Below, in pieces: positions 33,165 to 42,036 of a DNA stretch of 64,000 nucleotides. Both the position numbers and the translations under genes were made by a program. Positions within the stretch are counted from its first letter, which is position 1; each line of letters begins with the position of its first letter. Under the pieces are notes generated by a model, which was not told where the DNA came from, made no database searches, and was given only the letters and a program-made list of their open reading frames with translations. Origin of the DNA: Burkholderiales bacterium (GTDB lineage Bacteria; Pseudomonadota; Gammaproteobacteria; Burkholderiales; SG8-41); NCBI GenBank assembly GCA_019634975.1, contig JAHCAI010000010.1, forward strand, positions 277 to 64,276. The letters are read 5' to 3'.

Positions 33165-34522
33165 GCGGAAACCTCGGAACGGAACTCCTCGTACTTGCCG
33201 CTGGCCGTGCGCGGAATGTCATCACGGTAGGAAAAGCGCACGCTGAACGGATGCCCGAGGTTGCGCAGGATCAGCTCGCGCAGGGCCGACTCCTCCGCCG
33301 CGGTCAGCGCGCGCGCAACGACCAGCAGCACCTCGATGTCCTCGAGGCTGCGCTGCACCACCTGGAACTGGCGCACCGGCGCGATTGCGGCGAACTGCGC
33401 CTCGCCGAAGCGCGGCGAGCGCAGTCCGCCGCCGGGCAGCCGCAGCATGTTGCGGACGCGGCCGAGGATGCGGCGGATCACCGGAAGGCTGCGCCCGCAG
33501 GAGCAATCCTCTCCGGCCTCGGCGTAATCGCCGAGATCGTAGCGGATCAGGGGCATCGCGAAATTGTGCAATGACGTCACCACCACCCGCCCCGACTCAC
33601 CGGGCGCGCAATGATTTCCCTCCGCATCCAGCAGTTCCAGGTAAACGCCCTCCGCCTGCACGTGGTAGTGCTCCCGCCCGGGGCACTGCAGGGCAAGATA
33701 GCCGAGCTCGCTGCAGGAGTAGAGGTCGGTCAGCGGCACGCCCCAGGCGGACATGACCTGGGATCGCAAGTCAGGGGGCAGCGACTCGCCATAGGTGCGC
33801 AACTCGCGCAGCCCCGGAAACCGGATGCCGCGCGCCGCGCAATGGTTCGCAAGCGCCCCGGCATTGGCCGGCAGCGTCAGCAGGTACTGCGGCTTCTCGC
33901 GCGCCAGCCACTGTGCCTGCTCGGCAACCGTGCAGTCGACGCCGCGCGTCACCGAGGGTCCGGTGCGGAAGGCCGTGTCAGTGGAAGGCCCCCAGCCCGG
34001 GCTCTCCCCGGATTTCACCCGGCCGCGAACAACGGCGAGCTTTCCGGAAAAGTCGCGGTGATGCCAGAGGTGGTCACGCAGGGTGAAGCTTCGCCAGTAG
34101 AGTCCATTGAGTTCCGTGGCGCGAAAGCGGACCGGACGCCCCGTGGAGCCGGAAGTCTGTCCCTCGTGCACCTGCCCGTGGTCCGGCGGCACCGCGGTAC
34201 TGCACAGATCGGCGAAGCGATCCTGCAGATCCTGTCGCCGCAGCAGGGGCAGCGCGGAAAATGCCTCCGGTGTGAGCGGCCCCGAGAGATCGAGTCCCGC
34301 GAGACGTTCGCGGTAGAACGGCACGCTTGCCCTGGCGTGGCGCAGCAGCAGCGTCAGTTGCGCAAATTGCGCCGCGCGCAGCATCTGCGCCGGCCAGCGT
34401 TCGCTTTGCGCGAGCTGGAACTGCAGCGCCAGCATGCGCGCGCCTTCACCACCGGGCAGTGCCGGCCACAATATGCCGTCAAGGCTGCTGACGGGCAGCG
34501 CTTCATGCGCCAGCGGCTGCAT
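33161..34522 (-). CDS. PaaK/coenzyme-F390-synthetase-like adenylate-forming enzyme, paralog A
   Basis: P-loop TSGSTGRP and EDCSCGRSLPVIRRILGR. Collinear identity blocks with paralog B: RMLALQ[YF]QL, LRDHLWH, SLHNFAMPL[IL]RY, GDYAE. Confidence 0.75.
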   Translation of the reverse strand: MQPLAHEALPVSSLDGILWPALPGGEGARMLALQFQLAQSERWPAQMLRAAQFAQLTLLLRHARASVPFYRERLAGLDLSGPLTPEAFSALPLLRRQDLQDRFADLCSTAVPPDHGQVHEGQTSGSTGRPVRFRATELNGLYWRSFTLRDHLWHHRDFSGKLAVVRGRVKSGESPGWGPSTDTAFRTGPSVTRGVDCTVAEQAQWLAREKPQYLLTLPANAGALANHCAARGIRFPGLRELRTYGESLPPDLRSQVMSAWGVPLTDLYSCSELGYLALQCPGREHYHVQAEGVYLELLDAEGNHCAPGESGRVVVTSLHNFAMPLIRYDLGDYAEAGEDCSCGRSLPVIRRILGRVRNMLRLPGGGLRSPRFGEAQFAAIAPVRQFQVVQRSLEDIEVLLVVARALTAAEESALRELILRNLGHPFSVRFSYRDDIPRTASGKYEEFRSEVSA

Positions 34523-34563
34523 CGCCTGCCCTCCCGATGCGCCAGGCTCCCGCCCCGGAAAAA

Positions 34564-34602
34564 GTAAAATTTTTCAATAAAAACAAATACTTACATTGAT
34601 TC
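34564..34602 (+). repeat. AT-rich repeat family copy 3
   Basis: GTAAAATTTTTCAATAAAAACAAATACTTACATTGATTC. The core is 16/18 identical to copy 2, and the copy overlaps the decarboxylase stop codon (34591-34593). Confidence 0.6.
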
Positions 34603-36846
34603 GCCAGTAACACAATCAACGTAGTAGCGAAGCTGGTCACCATGGCCTTCCGCCACCAGCCCGTGGATATCGGTGTCGAAGCCGGGGAACTGCTGGTTGA
34701 ACATGCGCGCGAACTGCAGGTAGCGCACGATCGTGGCATTGAAGCGCTCGCCCGGGATCAGCAGCGGTATGCCCGGCGGATAAGGCGTCAGCAGCACGCT
34801 GGTGACCCGCCCCTCGAGCTTGTCGATCTCGACGCGTTCGATCTTGCGGTGGGCCATGCGCGCCCAGGCCTCGCCCGGGGGCATCGCCGGCTGCATGTCG
34901 GAGAGGTACATCTCGGTCGTCAGGCGCGCGATGTCGTTGGCGCGATAGACGCCGTGGATCTGGTCGCAGAGGTCCTTCAGGCCGATCTTCTCGTAGCGCG
35001 GATGCTTGGTGAGGAACTCCGGCAGCACCCGCCACAGCGGACGGTTGTTGTCGTAGTCGTCCTTGAACTGCTGCAGCTCGGTGACCATCGTGTTCCAGCG
35101 GCCCTTGGTGATGCCGATGGTGAACATGATGAAGAAGGAATAAAGCCCCGTCTTCTCGACGATGATGCCGTGCTCGGCAAGGTACTTGGTCACCACCGCC
35201 GCGGGGATCCCGCTCTTCGCGAACTTGCCGCTGACGTCGAGGCCGGGGGTAATCACCGTCGCCTTGATCGGGTCGAGCATGTTGAAGCCCGGCGCGAGGT
35301 TGCCGAAGCCGTGCCAGCGCTCCGAGGGCCGCAGCATCCAGTCGTCGCGGTTGCCCATGCCTTCCGCCGACAGCCGCTCCGGCCCCCACACCTTGAACCA
35401 CCAGTCCTTGCCGAATTCCGCATCCACCTTGCGCATCGCGCGGCGGAAATCGAGCGCCTCCATGATCGACTCCTCCACCAACGCGGTGCCCCCGGGCGGC
35501 TCCATCATCGCCGCGGCCACGTCGCAGGACGCGATGATCGCGTACTGCGGGCTGGTCGAAGTGTGCATCAGGTAGGCTTCGTTGAAGGTGTCGTAGTTGA
35601 GTTTCCGCGACTCGCTGTCCTGCACCAGGATCTGCGAGGCCTGCGACAGGCCGGCCAGCAGCTTGTGCGTCGACTGCGTCGAGAACACCAGTGACTCCTT
35701 CGTCCGCGGCCGGTCGCGGCCGATGGCATGCATGCCGTGGTAGAACTTGTGGAAGGTCGCGTGCGGCAGCCACGCTTCGTCGAAGTGCAGCGTGTCGATC
35801 TTGCCGTCGAGCATCTCCTTGATGGTGTCGACGTTGTAGACGATGCCGTCGTAGGTGCTCTGGGTGATGGTCAGGATGCGCGGCCTGGATTTCGACAGCG
35901 ACTTCGCCGCGAAGGGGTTGGCGCGGATCTTCTTTTCGATGTTCTCCCAGCGAAACTCCTCCAGCGGGATCGGGCCGATGATGCCGAAATGGTTGCGCGT
36001 CGGCGTCAGGAACACCGGCACCGCGCCGGTCATCGTGATCGCGTGCAGGATCGATTTGTGGCAGTTGCGGTCAACGATCACCACGTCGCCCGGCGCCACC
36101 GTCGAGTTCCACACCATCTTGTTCGAGGTCGAGGTGCCGTTGGTGACAAAGAACAGGTGGTCGCAGTTGAAGATGCGCGCGGCATTGCGCTCGGAAGCCG
36201 CCACCGGACCCGAATGGTCGAGGAGCTGGCCCAGTTCGTCGACGGCGTTGCAGACGTCGGCGCGCAGCATGTTCTCGCCGAAGAACTGGTGGAACATCTG
36301 CCCCACCGGGCTCTTCAGGAAGGCAACGCCGCCGGAATGCCCCGGGCAGTGCCAGGAATAGGATCCGTCCTGCGCGTAATGGGTCAGGGCCCGGAAAAAC
36401 GGCGGCGCCAGGCTGTCGGTGTAGGCCTTCGACTCGCGCACGATGTAGCGTGCGACGAACTCCGGCGTGTCCTCGAACATGTGGATGAAACCATGCAGCT
36501 CGCGCAGCACGTCATTGGGAATGTGCCGCGAGGTCTGGGTTTCGCCGTAGAGGAAAATCGGAATCTCGGCGTTGCGGAAGCGGATCGCCTTGACGAAGGT
36601 GCGCAACTCGCCGATCGTCGACTCCAGCTCCTGCGGCGAGAAATCGTCGTCGTCGACCGAGAGGATGAAAGCCGAGGCGCGCGACTGCTGCTGGGCGAAG
36701 GACGACAGGTCGCCGTAGCTGGTGACGCCCAGCACCTCGAGCCCTTCGTCCTCCAGCGCCTTGGCCAGTGCGCGGATGCCGAGGCCGCTGGTGTTCTCCG
36801 AGCGGAAATCCTCGTCGATGATGATGACCGGAAAACGGAAGCGCAT
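34591..36846 (-). CDS. Large PLP-dependent Orn/Lys/Arg decarboxylase (fold-type I, wing-domain type)
   Basis: 751 aa with an N-terminal response-regulator-like wing domain and the PLP-lysine signature FSTQSTHKLLAGLSQ. Substrate cannot be assigned from sequence alone. Confidence 0.88.
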   Translation of the reverse strand: MRFRFPVIIIDEDFRSENTSGLGIRALAKALEDEGLEVLGVTSYGDLSSFAQQQSRASAFILSVDDDDFSPQELESTIGELRTFVKAIRFRNAEIPIFLYGETQTSRHIPNDVLRELHGFIHMFEDTPEFVARYIVRESKAYTDSLAPPFFRALTHYAQDGSYSWHCPGHSGGVAFLKSPVGQMFHQFFGENMLRADVCNAVDELGQLLDHSGPVAASERNAARIFNCDHLFFVTNGTSTSNKMVWNSTVAPGDVVIVDRNCHKSILHAITMTGAVPVFLTPTRNHFGIIGPIPLEEFRWENIEKKIRANPFAAKSLSKSRPRILTITQSTYDGIVYNVDTIKEMLDGKIDTLHFDEAWLPHATFHKFYHGMHAIGRDRPRTKESLVFSTQSTHKLLAGLSQASQILVQDSESRKLNYDTFNEAYLMHTSTSPQYAIIASCDVAAAMMEPPGGTALVEESIMEALDFRRAMRKVDAEFGKDWWFKVWGPERLSAEGMGNRDDWMLRPSERWHGFGNLAPGFNMLDPIKATVITPGLDVSGKFAKSGIPAAVVTKYLAEHGIIVEKTGLYSFFIMFTIGITKGRWNTMVTELQQFKDDYDNNRPLWRVLPEFLTKHPRYEKIGLKDLCDQIHGVYRANDIARLTTEMYLSDMQPAMPPGEAWARMAHRKIERVEIDKLEGRVTSVLLTPYPPGIPLLIPGERFNATIVRYLQFARMFNQQFPGFDTDIHGLVAEGHGDQLRYYVDCVTGESM

Positions 36847-36909
36847 GGTGTGCCTATCTTAAGACGGAATTCCGCGCCAGCGGAAGGGTTTTCCGGTGCG
36901 GCCCGGCGA

Positions 36910-37998
36910 TCAGGTGTTCTTGACGACGATCTTCGGGAAGGCCGCCGAGTGGTCCTGCTGCTTCTCGGCGATCTTCACCGCGACCCGGCGCGCGATCTGG
37001 CGGTAGATCTCGGCAACGCGGCCCTCGGGATCGACGACCACCGTCGGCTTCCCGGAATCCGCCTGCCTGCGGATGTTGATGTCGAGCGGCAGCGAACCGA
37101 GCATTTCCACATCGTAGTCCGCGCCCATTTTCGCGCCTCCGCCCTCGCCGAAAATGTGCTCCTCATGGCCGCACTTCGAGCAGATGTGGATCGACATGTT
37201 CTCGACGATGCCGAGTATGGGAATGCCCACCTTCTCGAACATTTTCAGCCCCTTGCGCGCGTCGATCAGCGCGATGTCCTGGGGCGTGGTGACGATCACC
37301 GCGCCGGTGACCGGCACGCGCTGGGCGAGCGTGAGCTGGATGTCGCCGGTGCCCGGCGGCAGGTCGACCACCAGGTAGTCGATCTCCCGCCAGCGGGTCT
37401 CGTTGAGCAGCTGCTCGAGCGCCTGGGTCACCATCGGGCCGCGCCAGACCATCGGCGTCTCGGTGTCGATCAGGAAGCCGATCGACATCGCCTGCAGGCC
37501 GTGGCCTTCCATCGGCTCCAGCATCTTGCCGTCCTTCGACTCCGGGCGGCCGGCGATGCCCAGCATCATCGGCTGCGAGGGCCCGTAGATGTCGGCATCG
37601 AGCACGCCGACGGTCGCGCCCTCGGCGGCCAGCGCCAGCGCCAGGTTCACCGCAGTGGTGCTCTTGCCGACGCCGCCCTTGCCCGAGGCCACCGCGATGA
37701 TGTTCTTCACGCCCGGCACCAGCTTCACGCCGCGCTGCACGGCATGCGACACGATCTTCATCGCCACGTTGACCGTCACACTGCCGACGCCGGGAATTTT
37801 CTTCAGCCCCTCGGCGACCTGCCTGCGGATCGGCTCCAGCTGGCTCTTCGCCGGATAGCCCAGCAGGATGTCCACTGCAACGTTGTTGCCGTCGACCTTG
37901 ATGTTCTTCGCGGCCTTGCCGGTGACATAGTCGGTCTTGGTGTTGGGGTCGATGAGCTGCTTCAGTGCGCCCTGGACGTCCTGATCGGTAATGGCCAT
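36910..37998 (-). CDS. apbC: Fe-S cluster carrier ATPase ApbC/Mrp
   Basis: Start at MAITDQDVQGALK (ATG at 37998). Deviant Walker A GKGGVGKST and the CxxC motif (CSKCGH). Divergent from metG as in many Proteobacteria. Confidence 0.92.
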   Translation of the reverse strand: MAITDQDVQGALKQLIDPNTKTDYVTGKAAKNIKVDGNNVAVDILLGYPAKSQLEPIRRQVAEGLKKIPGVGSVTVNVAMKIVSHAVQRGVKLVPGVKNIIAVASGKGGVGKSTTAVNLALALAAEGATVGVLDADIYGPSQPMMLGIAGRPESKDGKMLEPMEGHGLQAMSIGFLIDTETPMVWRGPMVTQALEQLLNETRWREIDYLVVDLPPGTGDIQLTLAQRVPVTGAVIVTTPQDIALIDARKGLKMFEKVGIPILGIVENMSIHICSKCGHEEHIFGEGGGAKMGADYDVEMLGSLPLDINIRRQADSGKPTVVVDPEGRVAEIYRQIARRVAVKIAEKQQDHSAAFPKIVVKNT

Positions 37999-38156
37999 GT
38001 TTCGGGTTCCAGTTGGATTGCGGGGTGAGGCCGCGATTGTAGCGACATCGTCACCCCGGACCAACCACAACCCCATGTCGGCAAAGGTTTTTTCGGCCGC
38101 GAGCGCGGCGGGGACCAGCGGCGCCACTGCGGCAGACCGGGCCGTCGGAGGTTTAT

Positions 38157-38165
38157 TGTTATAAT
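38157..38165 (+). promoter_or_regulatory. Candidate extended -10 promoter element for metG
   Basis: TGTTATAAT (TGn plus consensus TATAAT at 38160-38165), about 36 nt upstream of the metG ATG. No good -35 element. Confidence 0.4.
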
Positions 38166-38200
38166 TCAATCCTTTAGCTTCACTCGCCAAAACGCCACCC

Positions 38201-40300
38201 ATGTCCCGCCGCATTCTGGTCACCTCCGCCCTGCCGTATGCGAACGGCGCCATCCACCTCGGCCATCTGGTCGAGTACATCCAGACCGACATCTGGGTGC
38301 GGTTCCAGCGCATGCAGGGACATGAAGTGCACTATGTCTGCGCCGACGACACCCACGGCACGCCGGTGATGCTGCGCGCGGATGCCGAGGGCATCACGCC
38401 GGAGCGTCTGATCGAACGCGTGTGGCGGGAGCACAAGCGTGACTTCGACGGTTTCGGCGTCGGCTTCGACAATTACTACAGCACCAACTCCCCCGAAAAC
38501 CGGGCGCTGTGCGAGGCCATCTACGGCGCGCTGACAGCGCAGGACCTGATCGCCGTGCGCTCGGTCGAGCAGTTCTACGACCCGGTCAAGGCGATGTTCC
38601 TCCCCGACCGCTACATCAAGGGTGAATGCCCGAAATGCGGCGCGAAGGACCAGTACGGCGACTCCTGTGAAGTCTGCGGGGCGACCTACGCGCCGACCGA
38701 ACTGAAAAACCCCTACTCGACGGTATCGGGCGCCAAGCCCGAGCGCCGTCAGTCCGAACACTACTTCTTCAAGCTTTCCGACCCGCGCTGCGAGGCCTTC
38801 CTGCGCGAATTCACCCAGACCTCCGGCACGCTGCAGCCGGAAGCCGCCAACAAGATGAAGGAGTGGCTGGGCGAGCCCGGCGACTCGAAACTGTCGGACT
38901 GGGACATCTCGCGCGACGCGCCCTACTTCGGTTTCGCGATCCCCGGCACCGACGGCAAGAAGTTTTTCTATGTCTGGCTGGATGCGCCGGTGGGTTATTT
39001 CGGCAGCTTCACCCACCATGTGCGCAGCAAGAACCTGGACGAAAAACTGCTGCAGGATTTCCTGCGCCCCGGCGGCGACACCGAACTGGTGCACTTCATC
39101 GGCAAGGACATCCTCTACTTCCATGCGCTGTTCTGGCCGGCGATGCTCAAGCATGCCGGTTTCCGCACGCCGACGAGGATCTACGCCCACGGCTTCCTGA
39201 CCGTCAACGGCGAGAAGATGTCGAAGTCTCGCGGCACCTTCATCACCGCCGAAAGTTATATCCGGCAGGGCCTGAATCCGGAATGGCTGCGTTACTACTA
39301 TGCCGCCAAGCTGGGACCGACGATGGAGGACATCGACCTCAACCTCGAGGATTTCGTGGCGCGGGTCAACAGCGATCTGGTGGGCAAGTACGTCAATATC
39401 GCCAGCCGCGCGGCAACCTTTCTTACCAAGCACTTCGATGGCCGGCTTTCGTCATCGCAAATGCTATCGAAAATCGACCCCGTAGCCGTCGGTGAACGCG
39501 CTGAAGCCTCAAAAACAATTGCCGAAGCGTACGACGCACGCGAATACGGCAAGGCCCTGCGCGAAATCATGCGCATTGCTGACGGCATCAATCAATATGT
39601 CGATCTAAAAAAACCATGGGTTCTTGCCAAAGATGAACCACAACGAGACTTATTGCAGGCGATCTGCAGCAAGTGCATCTTTGACTTCAAGATGCTCAGC
39701 GTTTTTCTTGCTCCAGTACTGCCCGCGACCGCCCGAAAAGTCGCTCAGGAGTTCTTCGGGCTTGAACGCGACTTTATCTGGAGCGACTACAACGTTTACC
39801 CGGAAAAGATTAATCCTTATTCGCACCTGACCAACCGCATCGACCCCAAGCAGATCGAAGCCCTCGTCGCCGCCAACCGGGAAAGCCTCAAACCCGCCGC
39901 AGCGGCGCCGCATTCGCAGCAGCGCCATGCCCAGCACCAGGAGAACGCCGTGAAAGCTGCCACCCAACCCGAAACCATCTCGATCGACGACTTCACCAAG
40001 ATCGATCTGCGCGTCGCGCGCATTGCCAATGCCGAACACGTCGAAGGCGCCGACAAGCTGCTGAAGCTGACGCTGGACGTCGGCAGCCTCGGCACGAAAC
40101 AGGTCTTCGCCGGCATCAAGTCGGCCTACGATCCGGAACAGCTCAAGGGACGGCTGACGGTGATGGTCGCCAACCTCGCGCCGCGCAAGATGAAATTCGG
40201 CATGTCGGAGGGCATGGTGCTCGCCGCCAGCGGCGAGGCCCCCGGCCTCTACATCCTGTCGCCCGATTCCGGCGCCCAGCCGGGCATGCGCATCAAGTAG
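38201..40300 (+). CDS. metG: Methionine--tRNA ligase (with C-terminal tRNA-binding domain)
   Basis: HLGH ([13 protein letters not shown]), the Zn knuckle [23 protein letters not shown], and a C-terminal EMAP/Trbp111-like domain (KIDLRVARI...). Confidence 0.97.
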   Translation: MSRRILVTSALPYANGAIHLGHLVEYIQTDIWVRFQRMQGHEVHYVCADDTHGTPVMLRADAEGITPERLIERVWREHKRDFDGFGVGFDNYYSTNSPENRALCEAIYGALTAQDLIAVRSVEQFYDPVKAMFLPDRYIKGECPKCGAKDQYGDSCEVCGATYAPTELKNPYSTVSGAKPERRQSEHYFFKLSDPRCEAFLREFTQTSGTLQPEAANKMKEWLGEPGDSKLSDWDISRDAPYFGFAIPGTDGKKFFYVWLDAPVGYFGSFTHHVRSKNLDEKLLQDFLRPGGDTELVHFIGKDILYFHALFWPAMLKHAGFRTPTRIYAHGFLTVNGEKMSKSRGTFITAESYIRQGLNPEWLRYYYAAKLGPTMEDIDLNLEDFVARVNSDLVGKYVNIASRAATFLTKHFDGRLSSSQMLSKIDPVAVGERAEASKTIAEAYDAREYGKALREIMRIADGINQYVDLKKPWVLAKDEPQRDLLQAICSKCIFDFKMLSVFLAPVLPATARKVAQEFFGLERDFIWSDYNVYPEKINPYSHLTNRIDPKQIEALVAANRESLKPAAAAPHSQQRHAQHQENAVKAATQPETISIDDFTKIDLRVARIANAEHVEGADKLLKLTLDVGSLGTKQVFAGIKSAYDPEQLKGRLTVMVANLAPRKMKFGMSEGMVLAASGEAPGLYILSPDSGAQPGMRIK

Positions 40301-40340
40301 GCGCAGGCATAACACCCTCGGCGATCCCGGCGCCCCGGCC

Positions 40341-41438
40341 ATGAGCAACGGCAACCGCACCTTCATCTGCAGCGTCGTCTTCATCGATATCGTCGAGTAT
40401 TCGAAGAAGTCGGTGGCCGAGCAGCTGCGGGTCAAGGAGCAGTTCAATGCGCTGCTCGCCCGCGCGCTCGCCGACGTGCCGGCCAAGGACCGCATCATCC
40501 TCGACACCGGCGACGGCGCCGCAATCAGTTTCCTCGGCGACCCCGAGGACGCGCTGTTCCTCGGCCTCGCGCTGCGCGACGCGCTGCGCGGGGATGACAC
40601 GCTGCAGCTGCGCACCGGCATCAACCTCGGTCCCGTGCGCCTGGTGCGCGACATCAACGGCCAGCCCAACATCATCGGCGACGGCATCAACGTCGCCCAG
40701 CGCATCATGAGCTTCGCCGGCATGAACCAGGTGTTCGTGTCGCGCTCCTACTACGAGGTGGTCTCGGCGCTGTCGCCGGACTACGCGCTGCTCTTCGCCT
40801 TTGAGGGCTCGCGCACCGACAAGCACGTGCGCGAGCACGAGGTCTATGCGCTGGGCAACGCGCCGGCGCCGCAACGCGCGCCGCGGCGCCTGCCCGGTGC
40901 GGCGGCCGCCCATGCGGCGGCTGCGCTCCACCGCTTCATCCATGCCGCGCATGTCTCCCGCGCCTTCGTCACGCGCCGTCCACCGCTGGCGACCGCGCTG
41001 GCAGTGGCGCTGATCCTGATCGCCGCAACCGGCCTGCGGCTTTTGCTCAAGGACATGGAAGCACGGGAGAAAAAACGCGCCGAGCTGGCCGAGGCCACGG
41101 TCATCATGCCGCGCCCCCTGCCCGCCCCGCCGCCGGCTGCCGGGAAGCCGCCGGCACCGGTCGTAGAAGCCCGTCCCGCCGCTCCGCCGCGCCCGGCAAA
41201 AAAACCGGCACCGGCAGAAGCCGAAGTCGCCACCGGCAGCCTGCGCCTCGCCGTCCTGCCCTGGGGTGAAATATTCATCAATGGCAACAAGTACGGCGTG
41301 TCACCGCCGCTGCGTGACATCGCCCTCAAACCCGGCCTCTACAAGGTCGAGGTCCGCAACCCGGGCTTTGCCTCGTACCTGCAGGTGGTGGAAGTCCGGT
41401 CCGGGGAAGAGATTAGAATCCGGCATCGGTTCCGTTAG
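40341..41438 (+). CDS. Membrane protein: N-terminal class III nucleotidyl-cyclase homology domain, TM segment, Pro/Ala-rich linker, C-terminal PEGA-like domain
   Basis: The cyclase-homology domain (CHD) spans aa ~7-170 (VVFIDIVEYS, LDTGDGAAISF, RTGINLGPV, GDGINVAQR). The TM segment is at aa ~214-236. The PEGA-like beta domain is at aa ~299-364 (LRLAVLPWGEIFINGNKYGVSPP...LKPGLYKVEV). Confidence 0.7.
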   Translation: MSNGNRTFICSVVFIDIVEYSKKSVAEQLRVKEQFNALLARALADVPAKDRIILDTGDGAAISFLGDPEDALFLGLALRDALRGDDTLQLRTGINLGPVRLVRDINGQPNIIGDGINVAQRIMSFAGMNQVFVSRSYYEVVSALSPDYALLFAFEGSRTDKHVREHEVYALGNAPAPQRAPRRLPGAAAAHAAAALHRFIHAAHVSRAFVTRRPPLATALAVALILIAATGLRLLLKDMEAREKKRAELAEATVIMPRPLPAPPPAAGKPPAPVVEARPAAPPRPAKKPAPAEAEVATGSLRLAVLPWGEIFINGNKYGVSPPLRDIALKPGLYKVEVRNPGFASYLQVVEVRSGEEIRIRHRFR

Positions 41439-41592
41439 CAGTTTGTCGAGATTCCCGAAAATGATGCTGCTCGCTGACGCACAAGATTTTTCGACCCTCG
41501 TTGAATCAATGACTTGTACGCGTGTGCGCTTGGTCGCTGCGCTCCCCACGCGCTCGCGCATCACTTTTTCACCGGACTGTTAGGGGGAGACC

Positions 41593-42021
41593 ATGCGTCT
41601 GATCCACATTTTGCTGCTGCTGGTGCCGCTGCTCGCCGGCTGCGAGACGGTGCAGAAAGGCGTGAAGAGCGTCACTGACGCGCTCGACTTCGACAAGGAG
41701 CGCGCGAAGGCACAGGAGACCCAGCTGCCCAGCGCGGAATCGCGCCTGAAAACCGGCATCAGCCAGTACGAGGACGGCAACTACGCCCAGGCACAGCGTT
41801 CCCTGCAGTCGGCACTGGCGACCGGGCTTGCCTCGCGCAGCGACCAGGCCCAGGCATACAAGTACCTCGCGTTCATTTACTGCGTTACCGACCGCATTGC
41901 GCAGTGCCGCCAGGAATTCAACAATGCCTTCAGCGCCGACCCCAAGTTCACGCTGACGGCGGCAGAGGCCGGCCATCCGACCTGGGGTCCGGTCTACCGC
42001 AGCGTCGCCCGCGGCCGCTGA
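41593..42021 (+). CDS. Lipoprotein with TPR-like helical repeat, unknown function
   Basis: Lipobox LLAGC at aa 13-17, 142 aa. GNYAQAQRSLQSAL and YKYLAFIYCV helices, and a conserved-looking C-terminus GHPTWGPVY. Confidence 0.7.
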   Translation: MRLIHILLLLVPLLAGCETVQKGVKSVTDALDFDKERAKAQETQLPSAESRLKTGISQYEDGNYAQAQRSLQSALATGLASRSDQAQAYKYLAFIYCVTDRIAQCRQEFNNAFSADPKFTLTAAEAGHPTWGPVYRSVARGR

Positions 42022-42036
42022 GCACGGCGCACGGCA

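Noticed and set aside
35728-38028. 766-aa plus-strand ORF, and similar long ORFs such as 5308..6651(-), 1684..2829(+), 14621..15832(+), 16356..17594(+), 19862..21226(+), 21771..22934(+), 23171..24400(+), 29027..30409(+), 38180..39433(-), 41569..43119(-), 58653..60239(-)
   Set aside because: All are antisense or out-of-frame overlaps of confidently identified genes, with Arg/Ala/Gly/Pro-biased translations. They are shadow ORFs.
41501-41513. Isolated IHF-consensus match AATCAATGACTTG upstream of the lipoprotein gene, possibly paired with a sigma54 promoter
   Set aside because: The 13-nt degenerate consensus is expected by chance at some rate. I could not find a convincing GG-N10-GC (-24/-12) element downstream.
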